Source of the DNA: Candidatus Komeilibacteria bacterium
GTDB lineage: Bacteria; Patescibacteriota; Patescibacteriia; UBA1558; S5-K13
Direction of reading: 5' to 3'
NCBI GenBank assembly: GCA_030591905.1
Contig: JAUVAE010000001.1
Coordinates: 1-35,321, forward strand
DNA: 35,321 bases
Part shown: one piece after another, positions 12,293 through 20,546 of the stretch
Position numbering within the stretch: position 1 is the stretch's first letter
Layout of the letters: each line of letters starts with the position of its first letter
Translations under genes and position numbers: made by a program
The notes under the pieces: generated by a model
Database searches by the model: none
The model's input: only the letters and a program-made list of their open reading frames with translations
Told to the model about the DNA's origin: nothing

Positions 12293-12649
12293 ATGTTAAA
12301 CACTAAAGCAGTAATAAAAGCTAGAATATTGAGGAAAAGAATGACTGAGTCAGAGAAAATTCTTTGGCAAGAATTAAAAACTAAGAAATTGGGAGTTAAG
12401 TGTCGTAGACAGATGCCATTTGTTTTTGAAGATTATCATTTTATAGCTGACTTTTATTGTTCAGAAAAGAAATTAATTATAGAAGTAGACGGTAAAGTTC
12501 ATAATGATCAAGAAATAAAAGAATATGATGAATTTAGAGAAGATGTTTTTAAACAAGATGGTTATAAAATTATAAGATTTAAGAATAAAGAAATAATAAA
12601 TAATTTAGAAGAAGTTTTAATAAAAATAAAAAATATTGTAAATCAGTAA
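12293..12649 (+). CDS. DUF559 domain endonuclease (Vsr/PD-(D/E)xK-like fold)
   Basis: 118 aa. The DUF559 pattern is clear: 'ARILRKRMTESEKILWQELKTKKLGVKCRRQMPFVFEDYHFIADFYCSEKKLIIEVDGKVH...YDEFREDVFKQDGYKIIRFKNKEI'. Confidence 0.85.
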   Translation: MLNTKAVIKARILRKRMTESEKILWQELKTKKLGVKCRRQMPFVFEDYHFIADFYCSEKKLIIEVDGKVHNDQEIKEYDEFREDVFKQDGYKIIRFKNKEIINNLEEVLIKIKNIVNQ

Positions 12650-12656
12650 TAGTAAT

Positions 12657-12702
12657 CTTCCCTTTCTCCTGGCTAGGAGAGAGGGATAAGAGGGAGAGAG
12701 GT
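12657..12702. repeat. GC-rich hairpin, copy E (single unit, right-half type)
   Basis: Hairpin 12660-12685 has arms CCCTTTCTCC/GGAGAGAGGG (10 bp, one G-T pair) and loop TGGCTA. The end motif GGGAGAGAGGT at 12692-12702 is the same terminal motif as in copies A and B. Confidence 0.8.
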
Positions 12703-12733
12703 TAGTTAAATGGGCTAATCAAAAGTTCAAAAT

Positions 12734-12783
12734 CTTATTATTCTTACTTCTTGCTTCTTAATTCTTAATTCGTGATTCATATC
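12734..12783. repeat. Right arm of the ACGAATTA-type inverted repeat enclosing the DUF559 cassette
   Basis: CTTATTATTCTTACTTCTTGCTTCTTAATTCTTAATTCGTGATTCATATC is complementary (imperfectly) to 11978-12013. Confidence 0.6.
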
Positions 12784-12788
12784 TTGTT

Positions 12789-12817
12789 TTGGGAAAGCCT
12801 TATTTTTATGCTAAAAT
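12789..12817 (+). promoter_or_regulatory. Candidate extended -10 promoter for the acyl-CoA ligase operon
   Basis: TTGGGA (12789-12794) is followed by a 17-nt spacer ending in TGc, then TAAAAT (12812-12817). The gene starts at 12837. Confidence 0.4.
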
Positions 12818-12836
12818 TAAGTATATAGTTTAAATT

Positions 12837-14621
12837 ATGTGCTTTTTTATTATGGAAAATAATAAAACAATATATGGTCGTTTTCAAAAAGTAGCTTTAG
12901 AAAATAAGGAGAATACAGCCTTAGCCTATATTCATGATGGGAATTACCAGAAAATAAATTATCAAGAATTGAATAATTTTGTATTACAAATTGTTAATTA
13001 TTTTTTAAGTTTAGGATTGGAAAAAGGTGATAGAGTAGCTATTTTAAGTGAAAATAGGTGGGAATGGCCAGTAATAGATCTAGCTAGTAATTATTTAGGT
13101 TTAATTTTAGTACCACTTCATACTACTTATGGTCGTAAATATATTGATTATATTATTGAGAAGACAAGTCCTAAAGTGATTTTTATTTCCAATCAAGAGT
13201 TATTTGAAAATTTTAAAGTTATTAATAATAATTTAATTGATAAATTTCAAAGTATAGTTCTTTTGGACAATGATATAGAAAGTGATTTGAAATTAAAATA
13301 TTGGTCAAATATTATTAGTGATTTTGATTATAATATTAATACAGAGCCGGTGTTTGATTCTGAAGCTATAGTAACTATAATCTACACTTCGGGAACTACT
13401 GGGATGCCAAAAGGAGCTATTTTAACTAATAAAAATATTTTAGTTAATGCTGATAATGTTTTGCAATATGTACCTGTATATTCTAGTGATAGATTTTTTT
13501 CTTTTTTACCATTATCACATATTTTAGAAAGAATGGCTGGTAATATAGTCCCTTTAATATTAGGTGCTTCAATATATTATAGCCGTAGTCCAAAAACTTT
13601 AGTAGATGATATTAAAAAAGCTCAGCCAACTATTATGGTTTCGGTTCCGAGGATTTTTGAAAAAATATTTGACAAAATTCATGATAAATTAAGAGAAGGT
13701 TCAAAGTTTAAACATCATCTTTTTTATCATGCTTTAAAAGTAATTAGTAAGATTAATGCTTTTAAAAGAAATAATAAAAAATGTGGTAAATTAATTTATT
13801 GGCAATTTAAAGTTTTAGATAATCTTGTTTTTAAGAAGATTAGAAGTGTTTTTGGAGGTCGTTTAAGACTAACAATTTCTGGAGGTTCAAGTTTAGATAA
13901 AAAAATAGCTAGATTTTTTGAAGATGTTGGAATTAAAATAATAGAAGGTTATGGTTTAACAGAAACTTCACCAATTATTGCTGTAAATAAGATGAATGAT
14001 TATAAATTTGGTACAGTTGGGTCAGTTTTAGCGAACTTAGATTTAAAAATTAATAATGATAAAGAAATTTTAGTAAAAGGTGAATCAATAATGAGTGCTT
14101 ATTGGCAAGACGATGAAGCAACTAAGAGGGTTATTCAAGATGGATGGTTTTCTACTGGAGATTTGGGTTTTATGGATAATGATGGTTTTTTAAATATTAT
14201 TGGTCGTAAGAAAGAAATGATAGTTTTATCAACAGGTAAAAATATTGTTCCAGTAAATATTGAATTAGCATTAAATTACGATCGATTTGTCACGCAGTCA
14301 ATGATTATTGGATTAAATCAAAAATTTATTACAGCTTTAATTGTTCCTGACTTTGAAGAATTAGAAATATATTGTCAGCAGAATGATATTAAATATAGTA
14401 AAGATAAAGATTGTTTAGGTAATGAAAAAATACATAAATTATACCAAAATCGTATTAATAGAGCCTTGAAAGGTTTTGCTGATTATGAGCAGATTGCAAA
14501 TTTTTATTTAGTACCTAGGGAATTCGATCAAGAACATGATGAGCTGACCCCTACTTTGAAATTGAAAAGAGAGAATATTAAAACAAATTTTTTGAATATA
14601 ATTAATAAATTTTATCAATGA
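12837..14621 (+). CDS. Long-chain fatty acid--CoA ligase (AMP-dependent synthetase family)
   Basis: 594 aa. It has the AMP-binding signature 'IIYTSGTTGMPKGAILTNKN', plus 'GYGLTETSP', 'WFSTGDLG' and 'LKLKRENI'. The real start may be the second Met at 12852. Confidence 0.85.
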   Translation: MCFFIMENNKTIYGRFQKVALENKENTALAYIHDGNYQKINYQELNNFVLQIVNYFLSLGLEKGDRVAILSENRWEWPVIDLASNYLGLILVPLHTTYGRKYIDYIIEKTSPKVIFISNQELFENFKVINNNLIDKFQSIVLLDNDIESDLKLKYWSNIISDFDYNINTEPVFDSEAIVTIIYTSGTTGMPKGAILTNKNILVNADNVLQYVPVYSSDRFFSFLPLSHILERMAGNIVPLILGASIYYSRSPKTLVDDIKKAQPTIMVSVPRIFEKIFDKIHDKLREGSKFKHHLFYHALKVISKINAFKRNNKKCGKLIYWQFKVLDNLVFKKIRSVFGGRLRLTISGGSSLDKKIARFFEDVGIKIIEGYGLTETSPIIAVNKMNDYKFGTVGSVLANLDLKINNDKEILVKGESIMSAYWQDDEATKRVIQDGWFSTGDLGFMDNDGFLNIIGRKKEMIVLSTGKNIVPVNIELALNYDRFVTQSMIIGLNQKFITALIVPDFEELEIYCQQNDIKYSKDKDCLGNEKIHKLYQNRINRALKGFADYEQIANFYLVPREFDQEHDELTPTLKLKRENIKTNFLNIINKFYQ

Positions 14622-15229
14622 TTTTTTGGTTAATTAAGGTAACTCTAGGTAATATTATTAAACTAATTTGGCTTAGTGGGGCGACTGGTTTGGAAAATAT
14701 ACCGAAAAGAGGAGCTTGTATTATTTGTGCTAATCATTCCAGCTATTTTGATTTTTTAATGTTAGCGGCAGTATGTCCCAGAAGAATTTATTTTTTAGCA
14801 GGAGAAGTTTTTTTTCAAAAGTGGCAGTGGAAATGGTTAGTAAAAATAACTAAACAGATTAAAGTAGACAGAAATAGTAAAGATAAGTCTGAATTAATAA
14901 AAAAGGTAGTTGAATATTTGAAAGAAGGTAAAGTGATTGGAATTTTTCCAGAAGGTACTAGATCTGCTGATGGTAAAATACATGATTTTTATAATGGAGC
15001 TGTAAAAATTGCCCTTAAGTCTGAAGTTCCTATAATTCCTGTTGGTATCAAAGGTACCTATGAAATAATGTCTAAATTTGATAAGTTTCCTAAATTTAAT
15101 AAAAAATGTAATATGCAATTTGGGAAATTAATTAATTATGTTATTAATGAAAGTAGTAAGAATAAAAATATTGATGATTTGACTAATGGGTTGAGGGAAA
15201 AAATAGTCATTTTATGTAATAAAATATAA
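14618..15229 (+). CDS. plsC: 1-acyl-sn-glycerol-3-phosphate acyltransferase family protein
   Basis: 203 aa with the acyltransferase motifs 'NHSSYFD' (HX4D) and 'FPEGTRS'. It overlaps the ligase gene by 4 nt (ATGA). Confidence 0.75.
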   Translation: MIFWLIKVTLGNIIKLIWLSGATGLENIPKRGACIICANHSSYFDFLMLAAVCPRRIYFLAGEVFFQKWQWKWLVKITKQIKVDRNSKDKSELIKKVVEYLKEGKVIGIFPEGTRSADGKIHDFYNGAVKIALKSEVPIIPVGIKGTYEIMSKFDKFPKFNKKCNMQFGKLINYVINESSKNKNIDDLTNGLREKIVILCNKI

Positions 15230-15243
15230 TTATTAATTAGTAT

Positions 15244-15903
15244 ATGTCTTATTTAGTTCTATTTGATTTAGACGATACCATAATAAATGGACAGTCTCAA
15301 AAATTATTAGTAAAATATCTTTTTAAAAGGGGTAATATAAATATATTATTTTTAATTTATATATATTTGTGGTTTTTTTTATATAAAATAGGAGCCGTTA
15401 AGAATGTTGTTAAAGTTAGAGAAAAATCTTTCAAAATATGTAGGGGGTGGACCTTCGAATATATGCATCAATTATTAAATAGTTTTTTTTATTTATATAT
15501 TAAACCACGTTTTTACAAAGAAATATTGAATATTATAAAGTTTCACAAAGAGAATGGTGCAAATTTAGTCTTAATTTCATCTTCATTGTTTCCGTTAGTA
15601 GAGTTGATTGGGAGGTATTTAAGTTTTGATTATATTTTTGCGACAAAATTAAATATTGAAAATGGATTTTATACTGGCCGAATTGATGATGTTGTGATTT
15701 ATGGTAATAATAAAAAAAACGTTATCAATGATTTTATTAAAGATAATAATTTGAGTCTGAAAAATAGTTATGCCTATTCAGATCATTATTCAGACGTAGA
15801 ATTACTTAACATAGTTGATAATGCGATAGTTATTAATCCAGATAGGAAATTATTAGAAATAGCTTTGTCAAAAAAATGGAAAATTAAAAAAATTAATAAT
15901 TAA
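15244..15903 (+). CDS. HAD-IB family hydrolase
   Basis: 219 aa with motif I 'LFDLDDTII', motif II 'LISSS' and motif III/IV 'K...AYSDHYSDVELL'. Confidence 0.65.
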   Translation: MSYLVLFDLDDTIINGQSQKLLVKYLFKRGNINILFLIYIYLWFFLYKIGAVKNVVKVREKSFKICRGWTFEYMHQLLNSFFYLYIKPRFYKEILNIIKFHKENGANLVLISSSLFPLVELIGRYLSFDYIFATKLNIENGFYTGRIDDVVIYGNNKKNVINDFIKDNNLSLKNSYAYSDHYSDVELLNIVDNAIVINPDRKLLEIALSKKWKIKKINN

Positions 15904-15909
15904 TAATTT

Positions 15910-18669
15910 ATGTCTTTTTTTGGTTTAACATCTTTATTAACTTCAATACTAAGTTTAATTATTGGAATTTTTGTAATATGGAAAAATTCAAAGTCTACTC
16001 TTAATAGGGGTTGGTTTTTTGTAAGTATAAGTGCTTCAATTTGGGCGTTTGGTTTATTTGGTGTTGTAGAATCTACTAATCAAGAAAATGCTTTATTTTT
16101 TCAATATATTTTAGATTTTGGCGGCATTCTTATTCCGCTTTTCTTTTTTCTTTTCATATTACATTTATTGAATTTGTATAAAAAGTTGAGAATATTTTTT
16201 TATTTATCTGTTTGTTTTAGTTGTATTTTAATATTAATTAGTTTTACTAAATTGTTTAAATTAGGAGTCTCTCCAAAGTTTGGATTTAATTTTTGGATAG
16301 ATACTGGCCCATTATATATATTATTTCCACTATTTTTTGGCCTTTTAGTAACAGCTTCAATATATTTGATATTGATAAATTTTCGTAATTTACATGGAGC
16401 AAAAAAATTACAGGTAATTTATATTTTATTAACAGCTTTATTTGGTTTTGGTGGTGGACTTACTAATTTCTTTCCACAATTAATAGGGACTTATCCTTTT
16501 GGGAATTTTTTTACTATATTTTATATAGGAGGAATTAGTTATGCCATAGCTAAATATCGTCTTATGGATATTCGTTTAGTTATATCTAAGAGTATTTTAT
16601 ATTTTTTATTAATTGGTTTTGTGGCTACAGCATTTACATCAATAACATTTTTTACAGGAGAAATTCTTAGTAATCAAACGGTTACTTCGCAATTAATAAC
16701 TACTTTAGCAGTATCTTTAATAATAATTATAGGACTAGATCCTTTAAAAAGATTTTTGAGTAATATTACAGATAAGATTTTTTATAGAGGAAAAATCAAT
16801 TATCAAGATGTTTTAAGGAAATTAAGCGAGATTACAGCTAAAGAAATTAATCTAGGAAAATTACTTATTGATTTATCACAAAGTATTGAAAAATTATTAA
16901 AGTATAAAGGGGTAGACTTTTTATATAAAAGTAATAGTTCGGGAATTTATCGAGGAATTATTGATAATACCGGAATTATTACCGATAAAGAGGAGATTGT
17001 TAAATATTTAGAAAATACCAAAGAAATTATTATTACTGAAGAATTAGAAATAAGAGTGCGTGAAAAATTGGGAGAAGAAAAAAAATACTTACTTTCTATA
17101 ATTAAACGTTTACAAAAGATGAAAGTAGGATTAATAGCGCCTATAATTTCAGAAGAAAGGATAATTGCTTTTTTTATTGTTAATAAAAAATTGTCTGATG
17201 ATGTTTTTTCTAGCCAAGATTTAAATTTAATATCAGTGATGAATCCTCAGATTGCTAATGCTTTAGAAAAATCAAAATTATATAATGAAGTCCAAGAATT
17301 TAATGTTAAATTACAAGAAAAAGTTGATAAAGCTACGGAGGAGTTAAAACATGCTAATGCTGATTTAGAAACTCGTAATAAATATTTAACAGCCTTACAA
17401 AAAGTAAGTGGTACTATTAGTAGGAGTTTGGATTTCACAGAAGTAGTTCAATTTATTGCCGATAGTATTCAGACTGAGATTGGTTTTGCAGGAGGAGTTG
17501 TTAATTTTATTGATGAAAAAGATAAAAGTATTTATATCGGGGCGATGACCAAAGATAAAAGAATTGATCAGGCGACTAAAATTTTAGTAAAAAATCCTTT
17601 TGATTATAAAGTTTCCTTAACAGAAAAAGATAATTTAGCAGTTAAGTCAATTCTGAGTGGAGAGATTCAAAAAAGTGCTAAAATTTATGATTTATTCAAA
17701 CCAGCAATTGATCAGAAAATGGGAGAGCTTATTCAGCAAGCTTTAAATATACATTCAGCTGTATCAGTGCCAATTTATTCCGGAAATAAAATTATTGGTT
17801 CTATTGATTTCTTTATTGAAAAACAAATTGATGAAATGAAAGATATTGATATTGAGGTTATGAAATCTTTAGCTGACCAAGCTGGTTTAGTTATTGATAA
17901 TTTAAAATTATATAAACAGATTAGAAAGAAGAACGTAGCTTTAAAACAAGCCAATGTTCATTTGAAAAAATTAGATGAAGCTAAATCAGAATTTTTATCA
18001 ATTGCTTCTCATCAATTACGTACTCCATTAACTGGAATAAAAGGTTATTTATCTATGATTTTAGAAGGTGACTACGGAAAAGTGGATAAAAAACAAGAGA
18101 AAATTATTCAAGATGTATTTAATGCTAGTGATAGAATGAGTAGGTTAATTAATGTTTTTTTGAATGTCTCTAGAATTGAATCTGGTCGTTTAAAGTTAGA
18201 GTATACAGATGTCAATTTAGGAGATTTAATTAATGAATGTATAAAAGATTTAAAATCTCCTGCTCAGAAAAAAGGTTTAAAATTAACTTTCAATCATAAA
18301 AAGAATAAAATTCCAATTATCAGTGCCGACTCTGATAAAATAAAAGATGTAATTCTTAATTTGATTGATAATGCTATTAAATACACTCCTCAAGGTAAAA
18401 TTGATATTAAATTATTAAAACAAGATGATGATCAAATTTTGGTTCAAGTTAAAGATACGGGTATTGGTTTAGATGGTTTTGGAATAGAAAAATTGTTTAG
18501 TAAATTTTCTCGGGGCAATGGTATTTCCAAAATTAATACTGGAGGTTCTGGTTTAGGTCTTTATATTGTTAAAAGGATTATTGAAGAGCATGGTGGAAAA
18601 GCTTGGGCTGAAAGTGAAGGTTTAGATAAGGGAAGTATTTTCCAATTCACATTGCCAATTAATAAATAG
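15910..18669 (+). CDS. Sensor histidine kinase (N-terminal 7TM module, coiled-coil/GAF-like middle, HisKA + HATPase_c)
   Basis: 919 aa with about 7 N-terminal TM helices. The H-box is 'SEFLSIASHQLRTPLTGIKGY', the N-box 'LIDNAIKYTP', the G1 box 'DTGIGL' and the G2 box 'GGSGLGLYIVKRIIEEHGG'. Confidence 0.85.
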   Translation: MSFFGLTSLLTSILSLIIGIFVIWKNSKSTLNRGWFFVSISASIWAFGLFGVVESTNQENALFFQYILDFGGILIPLFFFLFILHLLNLYKKLRIFFYLSVCFSCILILISFTKLFKLGVSPKFGFNFWIDTGPLYILFPLFFGLLVTASIYLILINFRNLHGAKKLQVIYILLTALFGFGGGLTNFFPQLIGTYPFGNFFTIFYIGGISYAIAKYRLMDIRLVISKSILYFLLIGFVATAFTSITFFTGEILSNQTVTSQLITTLAVSLIIIIGLDPLKRFLSNITDKIFYRGKINYQDVLRKLSEITAKEINLGKLLIDLSQSIEKLLKYKGVDFLYKSNSSGIYRGIIDNTGIITDKEEIVKYLENTKEIIITEELEIRVREKLGEEKKYLLSIIKRLQKMKVGLIAPIISEERIIAFFIVNKKLSDDVFSSQDLNLISVMNPQIANALEKSKLYNEVQEFNVKLQEKVDKATEELKHANADLETRNKYLTALQKVSGTISRSLDFTEVVQFIADSIQTEIGFAGGVVNFIDEKDKSIYIGAMTKDKRIDQATKILVKNPFDYKVSLTEKDNLAVKSILSGEIQKSAKIYDLFKPAIDQKMGELIQQALNIHSAVSVPIYSGNKIIGSIDFFIEKQIDEMKDIDIEVMKSLADQAGLVIDNLKLYKQIRKKNVALKQANVHLKKLDEAKSEFLSIASHQLRTPLTGIKGYLSMILEGDYGKVDKKQEKIIQDVFNASDRMSRLINVFLNVSRIESGRLKLEYTDVNLGDLINECIKDLKSPAQKKGLKLTFNHKKNKIPIISADSDKIKDVILNLIDNAIKYTPQGKIDIKLLKQDDDQILVQVKDTGIGLDGFGIEKLFSKFSRGNGISKINTGGSGLGLYIVKRIIEEHGGKAWAESEGLDKGSIFQFTLPINK

Positions 18670-18783
18670 TAATTAGGTATTAGTCATTAGAGATTAGAAG
18701 GATGCAGAATGCAAATTAAGAATTATGAAAATACAAAAAAGATATTTAAAATTTATTTGAAATTTAAAATTAGAAATTAAGAA

Positions 18784-19263
18784 TTGATTAATATGTATAT
18801 TATTCATGAACAAAGGCAAAAATCTAATCCTATTATTACATCAATATATATTATTACTTTTATAGTTTTATTATTAGTTATTATTAATCCTAGTTTTTTA
18901 AAATTACCAGATTTACCAAAAGTTTCTAGAATTGTTTTAATAGTAGTTTTATTAGTGGATATAGTTTTTTTTAGAAGTCTTTATGAATTAAAATTTAGAG
19001 TTACTAGTGAAGGTTTAGAATTTGGCTATGGACTTTTTAAAAATAAAGTTGTCAAAGAAAACATTGGGTCAGTTTTAATAGATAGTTCTAAAGGTAATTT
19101 TTTTGGATATGGTATAAGGTTTGGTAAAGATAAAACAATAGGATTTATTGCTAGATCTGGTAGTGGTTTGAGAATAATTTTTAAAGATCAAAGAAGATTT
19201 TTTGTTACTATGAATAATCCCGAAGAAGCTCTAAATATTATTAAGCAAAATAATTATGTATAA
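18784..19263 (+). CDS. Hypothetical small membrane protein
   Basis: 159 aa with two N-terminal hydrophobic helices and a soluble C-terminal domain of about 90 aa. It overlaps the pgk start by 8 nt. I recognise no family. Confidence 0.4.
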   Translation: MINMYIIHEQRQKSNPIITSIYIITFIVLLLVIINPSFLKLPDLPKVSRIVLIVVLLVDIVFFRSLYELKFRVTSEGLEFGYGLFKNKVVKENIGSVLIDSSKGNFFGYGIRFGKDKTIGFIARSGSGLRIIFKDQRRFFVTMNNPEEALNIIKQNNYV

Positions 19264-20449
19264 ATTTAAAAGCATGAGAACAATAGGAGATTTACAGGGA
19301 AAGAAAGTTTTGTTGAAATTAGATTTAAATTTGTCTTTAGATGAAAATAGGAAGGTTAATACAAATTCTATTTTAAGAATTAAGTCGATTTTGCCAACCA
19401 TAAATTATTTAATGGATAAAGGGGCTAGAATAGTTATTATTGCTTATTTAGGGCGTCCAGAGGCTAAATTTGAAGAAGAATTGAGGATGAATCCAGTTGC
19501 AAAGCTATTGTCGAGGTATATAAATAAAGAAGTAAAAAAAGTAGATTCTTGTATGGCTGAGGATATAAAAAATGATATTAATGAAATGAATGATTCAGAT
19601 GTTTTATTATTAGAAAATATAAGATTTTATAAAGAGGAAGAAGATAATGATCAGAAAATGGCTAAGTCTTTAGCACAATTGTTTGATGTATATATAAATG
19701 ATTCATTCTCAAATGCCCATAGAGATCATATGTCATCCTCAGCGATTACTAAGTTTTTACCAAGTTATATAGGATTTAAATTTCAAGAAGAAATAGAAAA
19801 TTTAGATGGTATTTTAAAAACCGAATGTAATAATATATTATTAATTTTAGGTGGTGCTAAAATTAAAACCAAGTTATCTTTAATTGAAAAATTAATCGAT
19901 AAATTTGATAAAGTATTGCTGGGGGGTGTAATGGCTAACACTTTTTTAAAAGCTAGAAAGATTAATATTGGAAAATCTATTTTTGAAAAAGAATGTTTGA
20001 AAAAAGCCAAGAGCATTGATAGTGATAAAATTATATTACCAAAAGATGTTTTAGTTTCTAATGAAATAGCATCAACATCAGAAGCATCTATTAAAAATAT
20101 AGAAGATATAGATTCAAATGATTTAATTTTAGATATAGGACCCCAGACAATTGAATTGTTTTCGAATCATATTAATAATACAGAGTTGATTCTTTGGAAT
20201 GGTCCAATGGGATATTTTGAGTTGAATCAATTTAGAAACGGGACTCAGGAATTAATTACAGAAATGGTAGAGTCTGGCGCTAGAATATATACTGGAGGAG
20301 GGGAGACCATTACAGTACTAAATGAGATGAATATGACGCAAGATTTTGATTTTGTCTCAATTGGTGGAGGAGCAATGCTTGAATTTTTAGCTGGAAATGA
20401 ATTACCAGCATTAAAAGCTTTAGAAGAGAATGATTTAAAATATAATTAA
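19256..20449 (+). CDS. pgk: Phosphoglycerate kinase
   Basis: 397 aa with 'KKVLLKLDLN', 'LLENIRFYKEEE', 'YINDSFSNAHRDHMS', 'ILGGAKIKTK', 'WNGPMGYFE' and 'GGGET'. Confidence 0.9.
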   Translation: MYKFKSMRTIGDLQGKKVLLKLDLNLSLDENRKVNTNSILRIKSILPTINYLMDKGARIVIIAYLGRPEAKFEEELRMNPVAKLLSRYINKEVKKVDSCMAEDIKNDINEMNDSDVLLLENIRFYKEEEDNDQKMAKSLAQLFDVYINDSFSNAHRDHMSSSAITKFLPSYIGFKFQEEIENLDGILKTECNNILLILGGAKIKTKLSLIEKLIDKFDKVLLGGVMANTFLKARKINIGKSIFEKECLKKAKSIDSDKIILPKDVLVSNEIASTSEASIKNIEDIDSNDLILDIGPQTIELFSNHINNTELILWNGPMGYFELNQFRNGTQELITEMVESGARIYTGGGETITVLNEMNMTQDFDFVSIGGGAMLEFLAGNELPALKALEENDLKYN

Positions 20450-20546
20450 TAATTAAAATCTAAATGATAAATTCTAATATATTTGTATTTTGATATTTGA
20501 AATTTATTTGGGATTTGATATTTAGAATTTGGGATTTAACAATATT

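Noticed and set aside
296-12702. The GC-rich repeats as a CRISPR array.
   Set aside because: The copies are palindromic, occur in both orientations, and are hundreds to thousands of bp apart with genes between them. No regularly spaced direct repeats or cas genes are present.
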